Shown here: in pieces, positions 41,703 to 49,849 of the stretch
How positions within the stretch are numbered: the stretch's first letter is position 1
Layout: the number at the start of each line of letters is the position of its first letter
From: Eubacteriales bacterium
GTDB lineage: Bacteria > Bacillota > Clostridia > Oscillospirales > CAG-382
Direction of reading: 5' to 3'
Length of the DNA stretch: 49,849 nt
Assembly: GCA_045646465.1 (NCBI GenBank)
Contig: JAZRKT010000048.1
Coordinates: 1 to 49,849, forward strand
Program-made: the position numbers and the translations under genes
Notes under the pieces: model-generated
Told to the model about the DNA's origin: nothing
The model's database searches: none
Seen by the model: the letters and a program-made list of their open reading frames with translations, nothing else

Positions 41703-41776
41703 TTTTTCTGTATCCTTTCCGTGAAAAGCTGGTATTAACAAATAGGAACACGGGTGTGTAACATTCATCCATACTT

Positions 41777-41805
41777 ATTATATACTTTTCATTTCCATAT
41801 GTCAA
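41777..41805 (-). promoter_or_regulatory. Sigma-A promoter for the nusB operon
   Basis: Minus strand TTGACA-N17-TATAAT (perfect consensus). Confidence 0.75.
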
Positions 41806-41838
41806 TAATCATCGATTAAATATTTAATAGTTTGTTTA

Positions 41839-41866
41839 TTGACAAAAGAAAAAAAGAGTGTATAAT
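41839..41866 (+). promoter_or_regulatory. Sigma-A promoter for the acyl ligase-ACP-lnt operon
   Basis: TTGACA-N16-TATAAT. Confidence 0.7.
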
Positions 41867-41918
41867 TGTATTGATATATGAAGACCACTTGTGTAGTTTA
41901 AACAGGAGTGATTTAATT

Positions 41919-43634
41919 ATGAAATATGTTGCAAAAGACGTACCTTATGCTACAAGCCTGCGTGCAATAGCAAAGCATAACGCACTTGTGCGTCCCGATA
42001 GAGTTGCTTTTAAGTATGTAGGTGCAGACAAGCAAATTGTTGAAGTAACTTATTTTGAATATTCTGAAAATATTGAAAATATGATTTGCGCTCTCCGCGA
42101 CGGTGGTTTTGCCGGCAAGCGCGTAGCTATTATCGGCGAAACGTGCCCTGAATGGCTTGAAACCTATTATGCGGTAATCGGTGCAGGAGCTGTGGCAATC
42201 CCCTTTGATAAGGAATTACTTTATGACCAAATTAAGGGCTTTCTTGATGTGGCAGAAGCCAATGCCATCGTAATGAGCCCTAAGTATTCTCAGAAGTATG
42301 ACGAGCTTAAAGCGGCAGGTGTTTTTGATAATTTAGAGCTTGTTGTTAGAGTTGATGACGGAACTGAATGGACTGTTGAAGACGAAAAGCTTGTAAAGTT
42401 CAGCGAGTTTGTAAAAAGAGGCGAAGGCAAGGAAAGAGAGTCTGATTCCGATATTATGAGAAAGCCCTCAAGAGGCGATATGAGCATAATGCTCTTTACA
42501 TCGGGAACAACAGGCTCAAGCAAGTGCGTAATGCTTTCCGAAAGAAATCAGGTTTCCTGTGCAAGAGCAGCAGTTCGTGCAACAGACTTCTATGAGAACG
42601 ACGTAATGCTTTCAGTGCTTCCCATTCACCATACCTATGAGCTTACAATCAATGTTGCACTTCAGTCTCTGGGTGCACAGTGCTGTATCAATGACAGCTT
42701 AAAGAATGTTCTTAAGAACCTTCAGCTCTTTAAGCCTACGGGAATAGTTATAGTTCCTCTTTTTGCATCAACCTTCCAGAAGAAGATTCTGGATGAAGTA
42801 AGAAAAAAAGGTAAGGAAAGAACACTTAAGCTTGGCTTGGTTGCAAGCGGAGCAATGAGAAAGGTCGGCGTTGATATGCGCCGTAAGCTGTTTGCGGAAA
42901 TTTTAGGCGCCTTCGGCGGAAATCTTCAGAAGATTGTCTGCGGCGGTGCGGCAATGAAGCCTGAACTTATGAAGTTCTTTGATAACCTTGGCATTACTCT
43001 TTGTGAGGGCTACGGTATTACTGAATGTTCACCCCTTATTGCGGTAAATCCCTACTATAAGAGAAAGAATGGCTCGGTAGGACCTGCGTGCTCCTGCTGT
43101 GAAGCAAGAATTGATGCGGAGCAGACCGATGAAAACGGCAACCTTACAGGTGAAATTCAGGTAAGAGGCGAAAACGTAATGCTTGGTTACTACAATAACC
43201 CCGAAGCAAACGCAGACGCTTTTACCGAAGACGGCTGGTTCAAAACAGGCGATATTGGATATATGGATGCTGAAGGCTACCTTCACATCACGGGCAGATG
43301 TAAGAGCGTAATTGTTCTTGAAAACGGTAAAAACGTGTTCCCCGAAGAAATCGAAGAGTACCTTGGTGATATTTCCAACATAGCAGAGTGCGTGGTTGTC
43401 GGAAGAAAGAAGGAAGGCGGCGAGGAGGTAGTGCTCACAGCTGTTGTATATCCCGACTTCAACACCTATGCAAAGGACGAAAGCATTTCGGTAATCGGCG
43501 ACGATATTAAGAAGAAGATTATGGAAATGAATAAGAGACTTCCGTCCTTTAAGCAGATAAGAAATATCGAAATCCGCAAGAATGAATTTGAAAAGACAAC
43601 TACAAGAAAGATTAAACGCTTCCTTGTAAAATAA
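41919..43634 (+). CDS. AMP-binding long-chain fatty acid ligase (acyl-CoA or acyl-ACP synthetase)
   Basis: FTSGTTGSSK, LPIHHTYE, EGYGITECSP, FKTGDIG, GRCKSVIVLENGKNVFPEEIE. ATG at 41919 follows AGGAG. Confidence 0.9.
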   Translation: MKYVAKDVPYATSLRAIAKHNALVRPDRVAFKYVGADKQIVEVTYFEYSENIENMICALRDGGFAGKRVAIIGETCPEWLETYYAVIGAGAVAIPFDKELLYDQIKGFLDVAEANAIVMSPKYSQKYDELKAAGVFDNLELVVRVDDGTEWTVEDEKLVKFSEFVKRGEGKERESDSDIMRKPSRGDMSIMLFTSGTTGSSKCVMLSERNQVSCARAAVRATDFYENDVMLSVLPIHHTYELTINVALQSLGAQCCINDSLKNVLKNLQLFKPTGIVIVPLFASTFQKKILDEVRKKGKERTLKLGLVASGAMRKVGVDMRRKLFAEILGAFGGNLQKIVCGGAAMKPELMKFFDNLGITLCEGYGITECSPLIAVNPYYKRKNGSVGPACSCCEARIDAEQTDENGNLTGEIQVRGENVMLGYYNNPEANADAFTEDGWFKTGDIGYMDAEGYLHITGRCKSVIVLENGKNVFPEEIEEYLGDISNIAECVVVGRKKEGGEEVVLTAVVYPDFNTYAKDESISVIGDDIKKKIMEMNKRLPSFKQIRNIEIRKNEFEKTTTRKIKRFLVK

Positions 43635-43664
43635 ATCAATAACTTTTTTAGGAGTGCAATTGAA

Positions 43665-43889
43665 ATGTTTGAAGAAATTAAGTCTATGCTCGTTGAAGAA
43701 ATGGCAATTGAAGAGGAAGAAATCAAAGAGGATGCAGAGTTTGTAAATGACCTCGGCTTCAATTCTCTTGAAATTGCTGACCTTATTGCCCTTTGCGAAG
43801 AGAAGTACGATGTTGACCTTGAAGAAGATAAAATGAAAAGCATCGTAACAGTTGGAGATTTTGCAAATTATCTTGAGTCTATCAGATAA
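43665..43889 (+). CDS. Acyl carrier protein
   Basis: 74 aa, very acidic, DLGFNSLE (phosphopantetheine Ser), EEKYDV, TVGD. Confidence 0.9.
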   Translation: MFEEIKSMLVEEMAIEEEEIKEDAEFVNDLGFNSLEIADLIALCEEKYDVDLEEDKMKSIVTVGDFANYLESIR

Positions 43890-43892
43890 GGT

Positions 43893-45500
43893 ATGAAAAG
43901 TCTTTTTGACGGCATTACGGCAAAGGGACGGGAACAAAAGCTGTCGCTTGTTGTTTCGGCGGTGCTGTTTTCGGCAGGGTTTTCTTTTGAAGGTCTGTGG
44001 ATTTTCAGCTGGCTTGCGCTTGTACCCCTTGCGGTGAAAATTTTCTCTACAAACAAAACATTAAAGAGAGCTTACCACTCTCTTTTTTGCTTTTTCTTCG
44101 TTTTTTATGTTTGTGCCTACAGCTGGCTTGTAAGCCTGTATCCTCTTGACTTTGCAGGGCTCGGTAACGTTGAGAGCGTGCTTGTGATAGCCGCGGGACT
44201 TACGCTTGTGCCGCTTCTTCACTCGGCACAGATGTCCCTTGCGGTATGGCTGTTTTGTAAGCTTGCTTTGAGATATGACAGCCTGATACTGAAAAGCTGT
44301 GCTTTTGCTTTTGGCTATTGCTTTGGTGAGTGGTTGCAGGGAATAGGACCCCTCGGCTTTCCGTGGGCGAGGATGTATGTGTCGCAGGCGGCGATGCTTG
44401 CAAATCTTCAAAGTGCAAAAATTTTCGGCTCTTATTTTGTAACCTTTGTAGTTGTATTTGTCAACTGTCTTGTTGCAAGCGCTTTAGTGAACAAAAATAA
44501 GGCAAAAAAATATGCTTCTCTGGCACTTTCTGTTTTTGTGTTGAATTTTGCATTCGGAAGCATAACTATAGCTGTTACCGAAAACAGCTATAGCATGGAA
44601 GATGAAATTACTCCTGTGGTGCTTCAGGGAAACGTCAGCTCCTACGATAAATGGAGCTCTGTGTCGTCATCATATGAACGTTATAAAAGCCTTTCGGTGC
44701 AGGCATCTGAATATATGAAAAAGAATAATATGCAGGCTGATTTTGTCCTTACACCCGAAACAGCCTTTCCATTTACGGCAATTGAAATTTCTGACGGTGA
44801 AAGTTCTGTCAATAGCAGGATTTTAAGTGTCAATACCGAAATCGCATCACTTTTTTTCTGCCCTGCGGTTTCGGGCGTGTTTGTAAAAGAGGATGGTAAA
44901 GAGTACAACAGCCTTGTGTGCTTTGCTGAAGACGGAAGTATAATGGGAATGTACCATAAAACAAAGCTTGTTCCCTTCGGAGAATTTGTGCCGTTCAGAA
45001 GCTTTATTTCAAGCTTCCTACCGTTTCTGTCGGATATAAATATGCTTTCCTCTGACCTGTCGCAGGGAAAAATCACAGAACCTGTTGATACAGGCTCTTT
45101 TAAGACCGCTTGCCTTGTGTGCTTTGATTCGGTGTTTTCCGAGAGCTGCAGAAAACAGGTGAAAAAGGGCGCTGAGGTAATTGCAGTGTCCACCAATGAC
45201 TCGTGGTATAAAACGTCAAAGGCTCTGGAGCAACACGCTTCTCACGCTGTAATGCGTGCTATAGAAAACCATAGACCACTTGTGAGAAGCGCAAATACAG
45301 GCATTTCAATGCTTGTTGAGCCCACAGGAAAGAAGAAGGCGCAAAGCGGAGTGAATACAACCGAATTTCTCTCTGATACTCTTCATAAATCGGATTTCGT
45401 CACACCCTTTACGACTGTAGGTGACGTGACGCTTTACGCCACCTTTTGCTTTTGCGCGATTTTGGCGGCTGTCAATATGTATAAAAAAAGACGGACTTAA
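43893..45500 (+). CDS. lnt: Apolipoprotein N-acyltransferase
   Basis: N-terminal TM block with GFPW, VLQGN, and a nitrilase-fold triad: TPETAF (E), YHKTKLVPFGE (K), VCFDS (C). Also TNDSW, MRAIEN, SANTGIS. Confidence 0.88.
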   Translation: MKSLFDGITAKGREQKLSLVVSAVLFSAGFSFEGLWIFSWLALVPLAVKIFSTNKTLKRAYHSLFCFFFVFYVCAYSWLVSLYPLDFAGLGNVESVLVIAAGLTLVPLLHSAQMSLAVWLFCKLALRYDSLILKSCAFAFGYCFGEWLQGIGPLGFPWARMYVSQAAMLANLQSAKIFGSYFVTFVVVFVNCLVASALVNKNKAKKYASLALSVFVLNFAFGSITIAVTENSYSMEDEITPVVLQGNVSSYDKWSSVSSSYERYKSLSVQASEYMKKNNMQADFVLTPETAFPFTAIEISDGESSVNSRILSVNTEIASLFFCPAVSGVFVKEDGKEYNSLVCFAEDGSIMGMYHKTKLVPFGEFVPFRSFISSFLPFLSDINMLSSDLSQGKITEPVDTGSFKTACLVCFDSVFSESCRKQVKKGAEVIAVSTNDSWYKTSKALEQHASHAVMRAIENHRPLVRSANTGISMLVEPTGKKKAQSGVNTTEFLSDTLHKSDFVTPFTTVGDVTLYATFCFCAILAAVNMYKKRRT

Positions 45501-45522
45501 AATACAGTCCGTCCTGAATTTT
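45483..45522. terminator. Stem-loop between the convergent lnt and regulator genes
   Basis: GACGGACT-TAAAATAC-AGTCCGTC flanked by an A-run and a T-run. Confidence 0.55.
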
Positions 45523-46682
45523 TAAAGCAAAAAGTCCGAAAGCCTTCGGCTGTCTTTTTTTTCAATTTTCACGGGAAGTGTGGTTTTGCTGTCGACGAGC
45601 TCACAGCAGGGACTTGTAACCGAACCAAAGGAGTTGTCACGCGGGAAACGGCAGGCGTTGAAAATTTCCTGTGCTATGTAACCGGGATTGGTGTACACTC
45701 TGTCAAAACTCTCCTTGGCGTCCACACTTGAAAGGGAAATTATAGACAGCTCTTCAGGAACACTGATTTTGTAGTACTTTGCAGCCTTTATTGCGCCTCT
45801 TGCAACGTCGTCGTTAATTGTGGCAACAGCCGTAAAATTTCCTCCTGCACGGCGGATAAGCTCGGATAGCCTGTCAAAGCCGCTTTTCTCGGATTGACCG
45901 CCTGTATTGGTAAACTGTCCGATGTCGCTGTCGGGAGCACGGTTTAAAACAGCGTTGGTAAAGCGGATACGCATTTCACGCTGACAGAATGAATTTTCCT
46001 CAGAGCCTATAAATGCAATTGATGTATGACCGAGGCTAGTAAGCTTTTCTGCGGCAAGCTCACAGCTGCTTTGAATGTCAGGAATGATACATTTGTAGCC
46101 TGTTTCACGATTAAATGCAAAGCAAAGACTTATGCCGTATTTTTCCAATAAAGATATAATACTGTCGCGGGCGCTGAAAAAGATAACACAGCTGTCAATA
46201 CTGTTCTTTTTGCAGATGTCCATTATTTCCTCGGTGTCGTGAGTGCAGGCACTTGTTAGTTTTGCACCTTTTTCTTTGCACAGCTTTTCCAGATTTTCAA
46301 TAACCGCCGAGCAAACGGATAAGTTCTTTTCCTCAATACACTTTGCATCGTCGGGGAAAAGCATAAGAATACTGCTTTGATGTGATACGTTAACAGCATT
46401 GTTTTCTGACGGCACAGCACATATGCTGCAAGAATCCGTATCCATTGACAGCATCACGGGAACTTTTGATGTGACAATTGAACCTAGACCTGCCGCCTTG
46501 TTGATGTAGCCGTCTTTTCTCAAAAGCTCAAGACCTCTGCGGACGGTGGTGCGCTCAACGCCATATATTTGCATAAGGACACGCTCAGGCGGAAGCTTGC
46601 TTCCGATAGGGTAGACATCGCTTTTGATTTTGTTAAGTAAATCAAGGGCGATTTTTGAATAAACTGACTGTTTTTTCTCCAT
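45522..46682 (-). CDS. GntR-HTH / LacI-type ligand-binding transcriptional regulator (AraR-like)
   Basis: YPIGSKLPPERVL...YGVERTTVRR N-terminus. LGHTSIAFI, TAVATIND, ISVPEELSII C-terminus. Confidence 0.85.
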   Translation of the reverse strand: MEKKQSVYSKIALDLLNKIKSDVYPIGSKLPPERVLMQIYGVERTTVRRGLELLRKDGYINKAAGLGSIVTSKVPVMLSMDTDSCSICAVPSENNAVNVSHQSSILMLFPDDAKCIEEKNLSVCSAVIENLEKLCKEKGAKLTSACTHDTEEIMDICKKNSIDSCVIFFSARDSIISLLEKYGISLCFAFNRETGYKCIIPDIQSSCELAAEKLTSLGHTSIAFIGSEENSFCQREMRIRFTNAVLNRAPDSDIGQFTNTGGQSEKSGFDRLSELIRRAGGNFTAVATINDDVARGAIKAAKYYKISVPEELSIISLSSVDAKESFDRVYTNPGYIAQEIFNACRFPRDNSFGSVTSPCCELVDSKTTLPVKIEKKDSRRLSDFLL

Positions 46683-46709
46683 TTTGTACAGCCTCCCAGT
46701 GTTCAGATT

Positions 46710-47054
46710 TTAGAAGTTTGAGCCGTTCCAGCCCCATTTGTTGTATTCGTTGTAGGTGATGTAGGTGCGCTCAGGTGATGTTCCCGTAACGGAACTTATA
46801 AGAGTGCAAAGCTCACCTGTCAGAGCATCGTAATCCTTCTTTGATGCACTGCCGAAAATAGAAACGGAAAGGTAAGCTGTGTCGCCGTTTGCATTACCCT
46901 TGAAAAAAAGCCTCTTTCCGTCTTCAATGTTGACCATAAGCCAGCTCTCACTTTTTCCGGGAATACATTCAATAGCTTTGCCGAAGCCTTCCTTTAAGGT
47001 TGTGATTTTGCTTTCGTCCAATTTGCAAGAAAATTTCGCTTCAATGTACGGCAT
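46710..47054 (-). CDS. MIF/phenylpyruvate tautomerase family protein
   Basis: N-terminal Pro (MPYI), IPGKSESWLMV, SIFG, RTYITY, WGWNGSNF. Confidence 0.85.
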   Translation of the reverse strand: MPYIEAKFSCKLDESKITTLKEGFGKAIECIPGKSESWLMVNIEDGKRLFFKGNANGDTAYLSVSIFGSASKKDYDALTGELCTLISSVTGTSPERTYITYNEYNKWGWNGSNF

Positions 47055-47066
47055 AATATTTCCTCC

Positions 47067-47095
47067 TTGACTTTTGTACGTTTATAGTATATCAT
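47067..47095 (+). promoter_or_regulatory. Plus-strand sigma-A promoter
   Basis: TTGACT-N17-TATCAT. Confidence 0.5.
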
Positions 47096-47101
47096 ATATG
47101 T

Positions 47102-47130
47102 ATTATACACTATTGTTTGAAAATTTTCAA
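47102..47130 (-). promoter_or_regulatory. Sigma-A promoter for MIF-GntR, with a palindrome over the -35
   Basis: Minus strand TTGAAA-N17-TATAAT. TTGAAAATTTTCAA palindrome at 47117-47130. Confidence 0.6.
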
Positions 47131-47176
47131 TAGTTTAAGCAAAAAAAGTATACCTGTTTACATAAAAAAGCAAAAA

Positions 47177-47365
47177 AAGGAAATATGGGACGTTTGTGAC
47201 ATAAACAGAAAGAAAATTTAGTTCAGAACGTCCGTCAGAGACAGCGACGATATAAAGGATGATGAGTTTCATCTTGTTATATTCGGAATAGCCGTAACAA
47301 GTGACAGAAGGCTTATGGTAAATAAACGCAAGCCTGATAAAATGTTCGGCGGTGTGTGGAAATTT
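47177..47365 (+). pseudogene. 5' fragment of a NUDIX hydrolase
   Basis: (K)EIWDVCDINRKKI*FRTSVRDSDDIKDDEFHLVIFGIAVTSDRRLMVNKRKPDKMFGGVWKF. No start codon, internal TAG at 47219, ends before the Nudix box. Confidence 0.6.
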
Positions 47366-47404
47366 TTGAAAGTATCGAAAATTTTAAAAAAATATAAAAA
47401 AAGG

Positions 47405-47431
47405 GGAACAATAACGGCAATGCGCCGTCTA
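47405..47431 (+). promoter_or_regulatory. Possible ECF-sigma promoter
   Basis: GGAAC-N16-CGTCTA, about 60 nt upstream of the lipoprotein start. Confidence 0.4.
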
Positions 47432-47489
47432 ATGACTTGTGTAAAACCGAAAGGTTTAAAATAATACATATCTGAAAGGAAAAATCAAA

Positions 47490-48314
47490 ATGAAAAAAAT
47501 CTTAGCTTTAACACTTGCACTTGCACTCACACTTGTACTGGCTTCCTGCACAAAGGATAAAGAAGAAAATGTTGATGTAAACATCGAAAACGAAGTGGTT
47601 GACGAAATCGTAGACGAAGTAGTTGACGAAACAGTTGAAGACGAAGAACCTGCAGAACCCGAAGCTGAAGAAGATGCTCCCGAAGCTGACCCCGAAGCAG
47701 ACGTTCCTGCAACAATGCCTGAAGAGGATGTTCCTGCCACAATGCCTGAGGTTGATGATACTCCTGCAGTAATGCCCGAAGTTGACGACGCTCCTGCAAC
47801 ATTGCCTGAGGTTGAAACACCTGATGTTGAGGCTCCCGAAGTTGATTCTTCTGCAAATGAAGCAACAATCGATGACCTTTATGCAATTGCAGACAAGCTT
47901 TATGAAGGCATCAATCCCGAAGAAATGCCTATGGTAGGCACAATGGAGCTTACAGAAGAAAACTTTGAATACTCTGCATTTGTTCCCTATGACCCCTCAT
48001 ACCTTGCTGTTGAAAGCCTTCCTATGATGGGCTCAACTCCTCACTCTGTTGTAATTGTAAAGGCTGACAGCGCAGAAGCGGCAGCAGCTCTTGCACAGGA
48101 TATGAAGGCGAATGCTAACCCCAGAAAGTGGATTTGCGTAAGCGCAAGAAGCGTGAAGGCTGTATCAAAGGGCGAATATGCAATTCTTGTTATGACAAGC
48201 GTTGAGGTAATGCCCGGTGAAGGGATTGACGAAGCAAAGGCTGAAGAAATGTCCGCAGCTCAGTCCGAGGAAAGAGCAGACCTCATTATTTCAAACTTTC
48301 TTGCAGCTCTTTAA
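47490..48314 (+). CDS. Acidic lipoprotein with a Pro/Glu/Asp-rich repeat linker, upstream of an MBOAT gene
   Basis: Lipobox LASC, low-complexity linker, globular C-terminus with NANPRKWICV. Confidence 0.75.
   Translation: MKKILALTLALALTLVLASCTKDKEENVDVNIENEVVDEIVDEVVDETVEDEEPAEPEAEEDAPEADPEADVPATMPEEDVPATMPEVDDTPAVMPEVDDAPATLPEVETPDVEAPEVDSSANEATIDDLYAIADKLYEGINPEEMPMVGTMELTEENFEYSAFVPYDPSYLAVESLPMMGSTPHSVVIVKADSAEAAAALAQDMKANANPRKWICVSARSVKAVSKGEYAILVMTSVEVMPGEGIDEAKAEEMSAAQSEERADLIISNFLAAL
47706..47819 (+). repeat. In-frame tandem repeat, 4 copies of 27-30 bp
   Basis: CCTGCNACNATGCCYGARG(T/A).. units encoding PATMPEEDV / PATMPEVDDT / PAVMPEVDDA / PATLPEVET. Confidence 0.8.
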
Positions 48315-48339
48315 TTCTTGTAAATAACGGAGAATAGTA

Positions 48340-49743
48340 ATGCTTTTTTCAAGCGTAACGTTTTTATATGCTTTTTTGCCGATAGTACTTATACTGTACT
48401 TTCTGGCACCCAAAAAACTAAAAAATGCCGTATTGCTTGTTTCAAGTCTGTTCTTTTACTATTATGGTGAAAGAACATATACTGTAATTCTCTTTGTATC
48501 TTCAATAACAGACTGGACACTCAGCCTGCTTATAGAAAAGTACAGGGGACAAAAGAAGACAAAGCTGTTTCTGGCAACGTCCATACTTATAAATCTCGGA
48601 CTTCTAGGATTTTTCAAGTATGCCGACTTTTTTATCGGTAATATCAATGCACTTTTAGGAGTGAATATTCCTCTGCCTGGCGTACCGCTTCCCATAGGTA
48701 TCAGCTTTTATACCTTCCAGACAATGTCTTATACCATTGACGTTTACAGAGGAAATGCCAGGGCACAGAAAAATCTTGTGAGCTTTGCCACCTTTGTGTG
48801 TCTTTTCCCTCAGCTTATAGCGGGACCAATTGTAAGGTATACCGATCTTGAGGGCGAAATTGACGAAAGAAAGCATACCTTTGAAAACGTAAGCAAAGGT
48901 TTAAGACGCTTTACAATGGGACTTGGCAAAAAGGTAATACTTGCAAATGCAATGGGAGAGATGTGTAAAGAGCTTCTTGCTCTTAGCGAAACCAGCGTGC
49001 TTATGTATTGGCTGTATGCTGTAGGCTTTGCTCTGCAGATTTACCTTGACTTCTCGGCGTATTCCGATATGGCAATAGGTCTGGGAAAGATTTTTGGCTT
49101 CAGATTTCCTGAAAACTTTGACTATCCATTTGTTTCAAAGTCCATCACTGAATTCTGGAGAAGATGGCATATGACTCTCGGAAGCTGGTTTAGAGATTAC
49201 GTGTATTTTCCCCTTGGAGGAAGCAGAACAACAACCCTTAAGTGGCTGAGAAATATACTTGTTGTGTGGATGATAACAGGCTTCTGGCACGGAGCGGAGT
49301 GGAACTTTGTTTTGTGGGGACTGTACTTCGGACTGCTTCTTATGCTTGAAAAGCTGTTCTTGAGTAAAATTCTTAAAAAGTGCCCGACATTTGTGCAGCA
49401 TATATATGTACTGTTTACCGTGTTGATAAGCTTTGTGATATTCAGCGTTGAAAGCCTTTCGCAGATTAGTACCTTTGTAGTAGGTCTTTTCGGAGTAGGC
49501 ACTGCGGCACTTTATACAAAGCCGTTGCTTTACGTGCTTGACAGCTTTGCTGTTTTGCTTGTGCTTTGTATTGTTGCAAGCATACCTATTCCCAAAAAGC
49601 TGTATAAGCGAATTGGTGAAACAAAGGCAGGACAGTGTATTTATACGGTACTTGAACCGCTGACGGTTGGTCTTGTGCTGATAATCTGTACAGCTCTGCT
49701 TGTTGACGGCTCCTTCAATCCCTTTTTGTATTTCAGATTTTAG
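48340..49743 (+). CDS. MBOAT O-acyltransferase (AlgI/PatA-like)
   Basis: LPIGISFYTFQTMSY, FPQLIAGPI, DFSAYSDMAIG, EFWRRWHMTL, TGFWHGA, NPFLYFRF. Confidence 0.93.
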   Translation: MLFSSVTFLYAFLPIVLILYFLAPKKLKNAVLLVSSLFFYYYGERTYTVILFVSSITDWTLSLLIEKYRGQKKTKLFLATSILINLGLLGFFKYADFFIGNINALLGVNIPLPGVPLPIGISFYTFQTMSYTIDVYRGNARAQKNLVSFATFVCLFPQLIAGPIVRYTDLEGEIDERKHTFENVSKGLRRFTMGLGKKVILANAMGEMCKELLALSETSVLMYWLYAVGFALQIYLDFSAYSDMAIGLGKIFGFRFPENFDYPFVSKSITEFWRRWHMTLGSWFRDYVYFPLGGSRTTTLKWLRNILVVWMITGFWHGAEWNFVLWGLYFGLLLMLEKLFLSKILKKCPTFVQHIYVLFTVLISFVIFSVESLSQISTFVVGLFGVGTAALYTKPLLYVLDSFAVLLVLCIVASIPIPKKLYKRIGETKAGQCIYTVLEPLTVGLVLIICTALLVDGSFNPFLYFRF

Positions 49744-49755
49744 GAGGTGCGGTAA

Positions 49756-49849
49756 ATGAAAAAAGTTAAAAATATATTGACCTTTGCCGTATTCTCTCTT
49801 ATAATTGCATCCCTGTCGGTAGCTTTTGTGCTGATACCCGACGGCAAGG
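49756..49849 (+). CDS. Partial membrane-anchored protein, probably the AlgJ/DHHW-like MBOAT partner (runs off window)
   Basis: AGGAGG RBS, then MKKVKNILTFAVFSLIIASLSVAFVLIPDGK. Identity is inferred from context only. Confidence 0.5.
   Translation, partial: MKKVKNILTFAVFSLIIASLSVAFVLIPDGK

Noticed and set aside
43029-43937. 302-aa antisense ORF, and similar ones at 17500-18180, 37129-37728 and 22393-22899
   Set aside because: These are shadows of well-supported genes on the opposite strand, with no RBS or recognisable motifs.
47160-47470. Riboswitch or ncRNA in the long leader before the lipoprotein-MBOAT operon
   Set aside because: I could not match the consensus of a known riboswitch, and the stretch is better explained as a NUDIX gene relic.
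47706-47819. CRISPR-like repeat
   Set aside because: The units are contiguous, in frame, degenerate at wobble positions and lack spacers, so this is a coding tandem repeat.

Overview
A window of low-GC Clostridia-like (Bacillota) DNA, about 40% GC by eye, with sigma-A TTGACA/TATAAT promoters and AGGAG ribosome-binding sites. Bases 1-19.2 kb are the downstream part of a Wzx/Wzy-dependent surface polysaccharide locus. It holds an aminotransferase, an initiating phosphoglycosyltransferase, GT2/GT4 enzymes, two LbH acetyltransferases, two TupA-like ATP-grasp ligases, an FrhB-like/pyruvyltransferase pair, Wzy, Wzx and a frameshifted acyltransferase. It ends in a GHMP kinase-nucleotidyltransferase-UDP-glucuronate 4-epimerase trio and two PF14907-like nucleotidyltransferases. 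The rest is housekeeping and transport: elaA-pepD-OPT-PqqD/RRE, Fe-ADH, cupin, livJHMGF, a rhodanese lipoprotein, an OB-fold lipoprotein beside a CUT1 ABC transporter, nusB-Kae1-like-xseAB-ligA, an acyl-adenylate ligase-ACP-Lnt operon, a GntR/LacI regulator, a MIF-like tautomerase and lipoprotein-MBOAT-(partial gene). The strongest leads are three. (1) The kinase carries the plant galacturonokinase signature (PYRICPLGAH) rather than the galactokinase one, suggesting a bacterial galacturonate salvage route into capsule synthesis. (2) An lnt with an intact catalytic triad is co-transcribed with a fatty-acid activating enzyme and an ACP in a monoderm. (3) A stand-alone RRE/PqqD protein is coupled to an OPT transporter and a dipeptidase. 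Three gene relics missing from the ORF track (eda-like, GNAT, NUDIX) lie in intergenic DNA. I saw no tRNA, rRNA, CRISPR array or IS element. All family calls come from motif recognition by eye, with no database searches.
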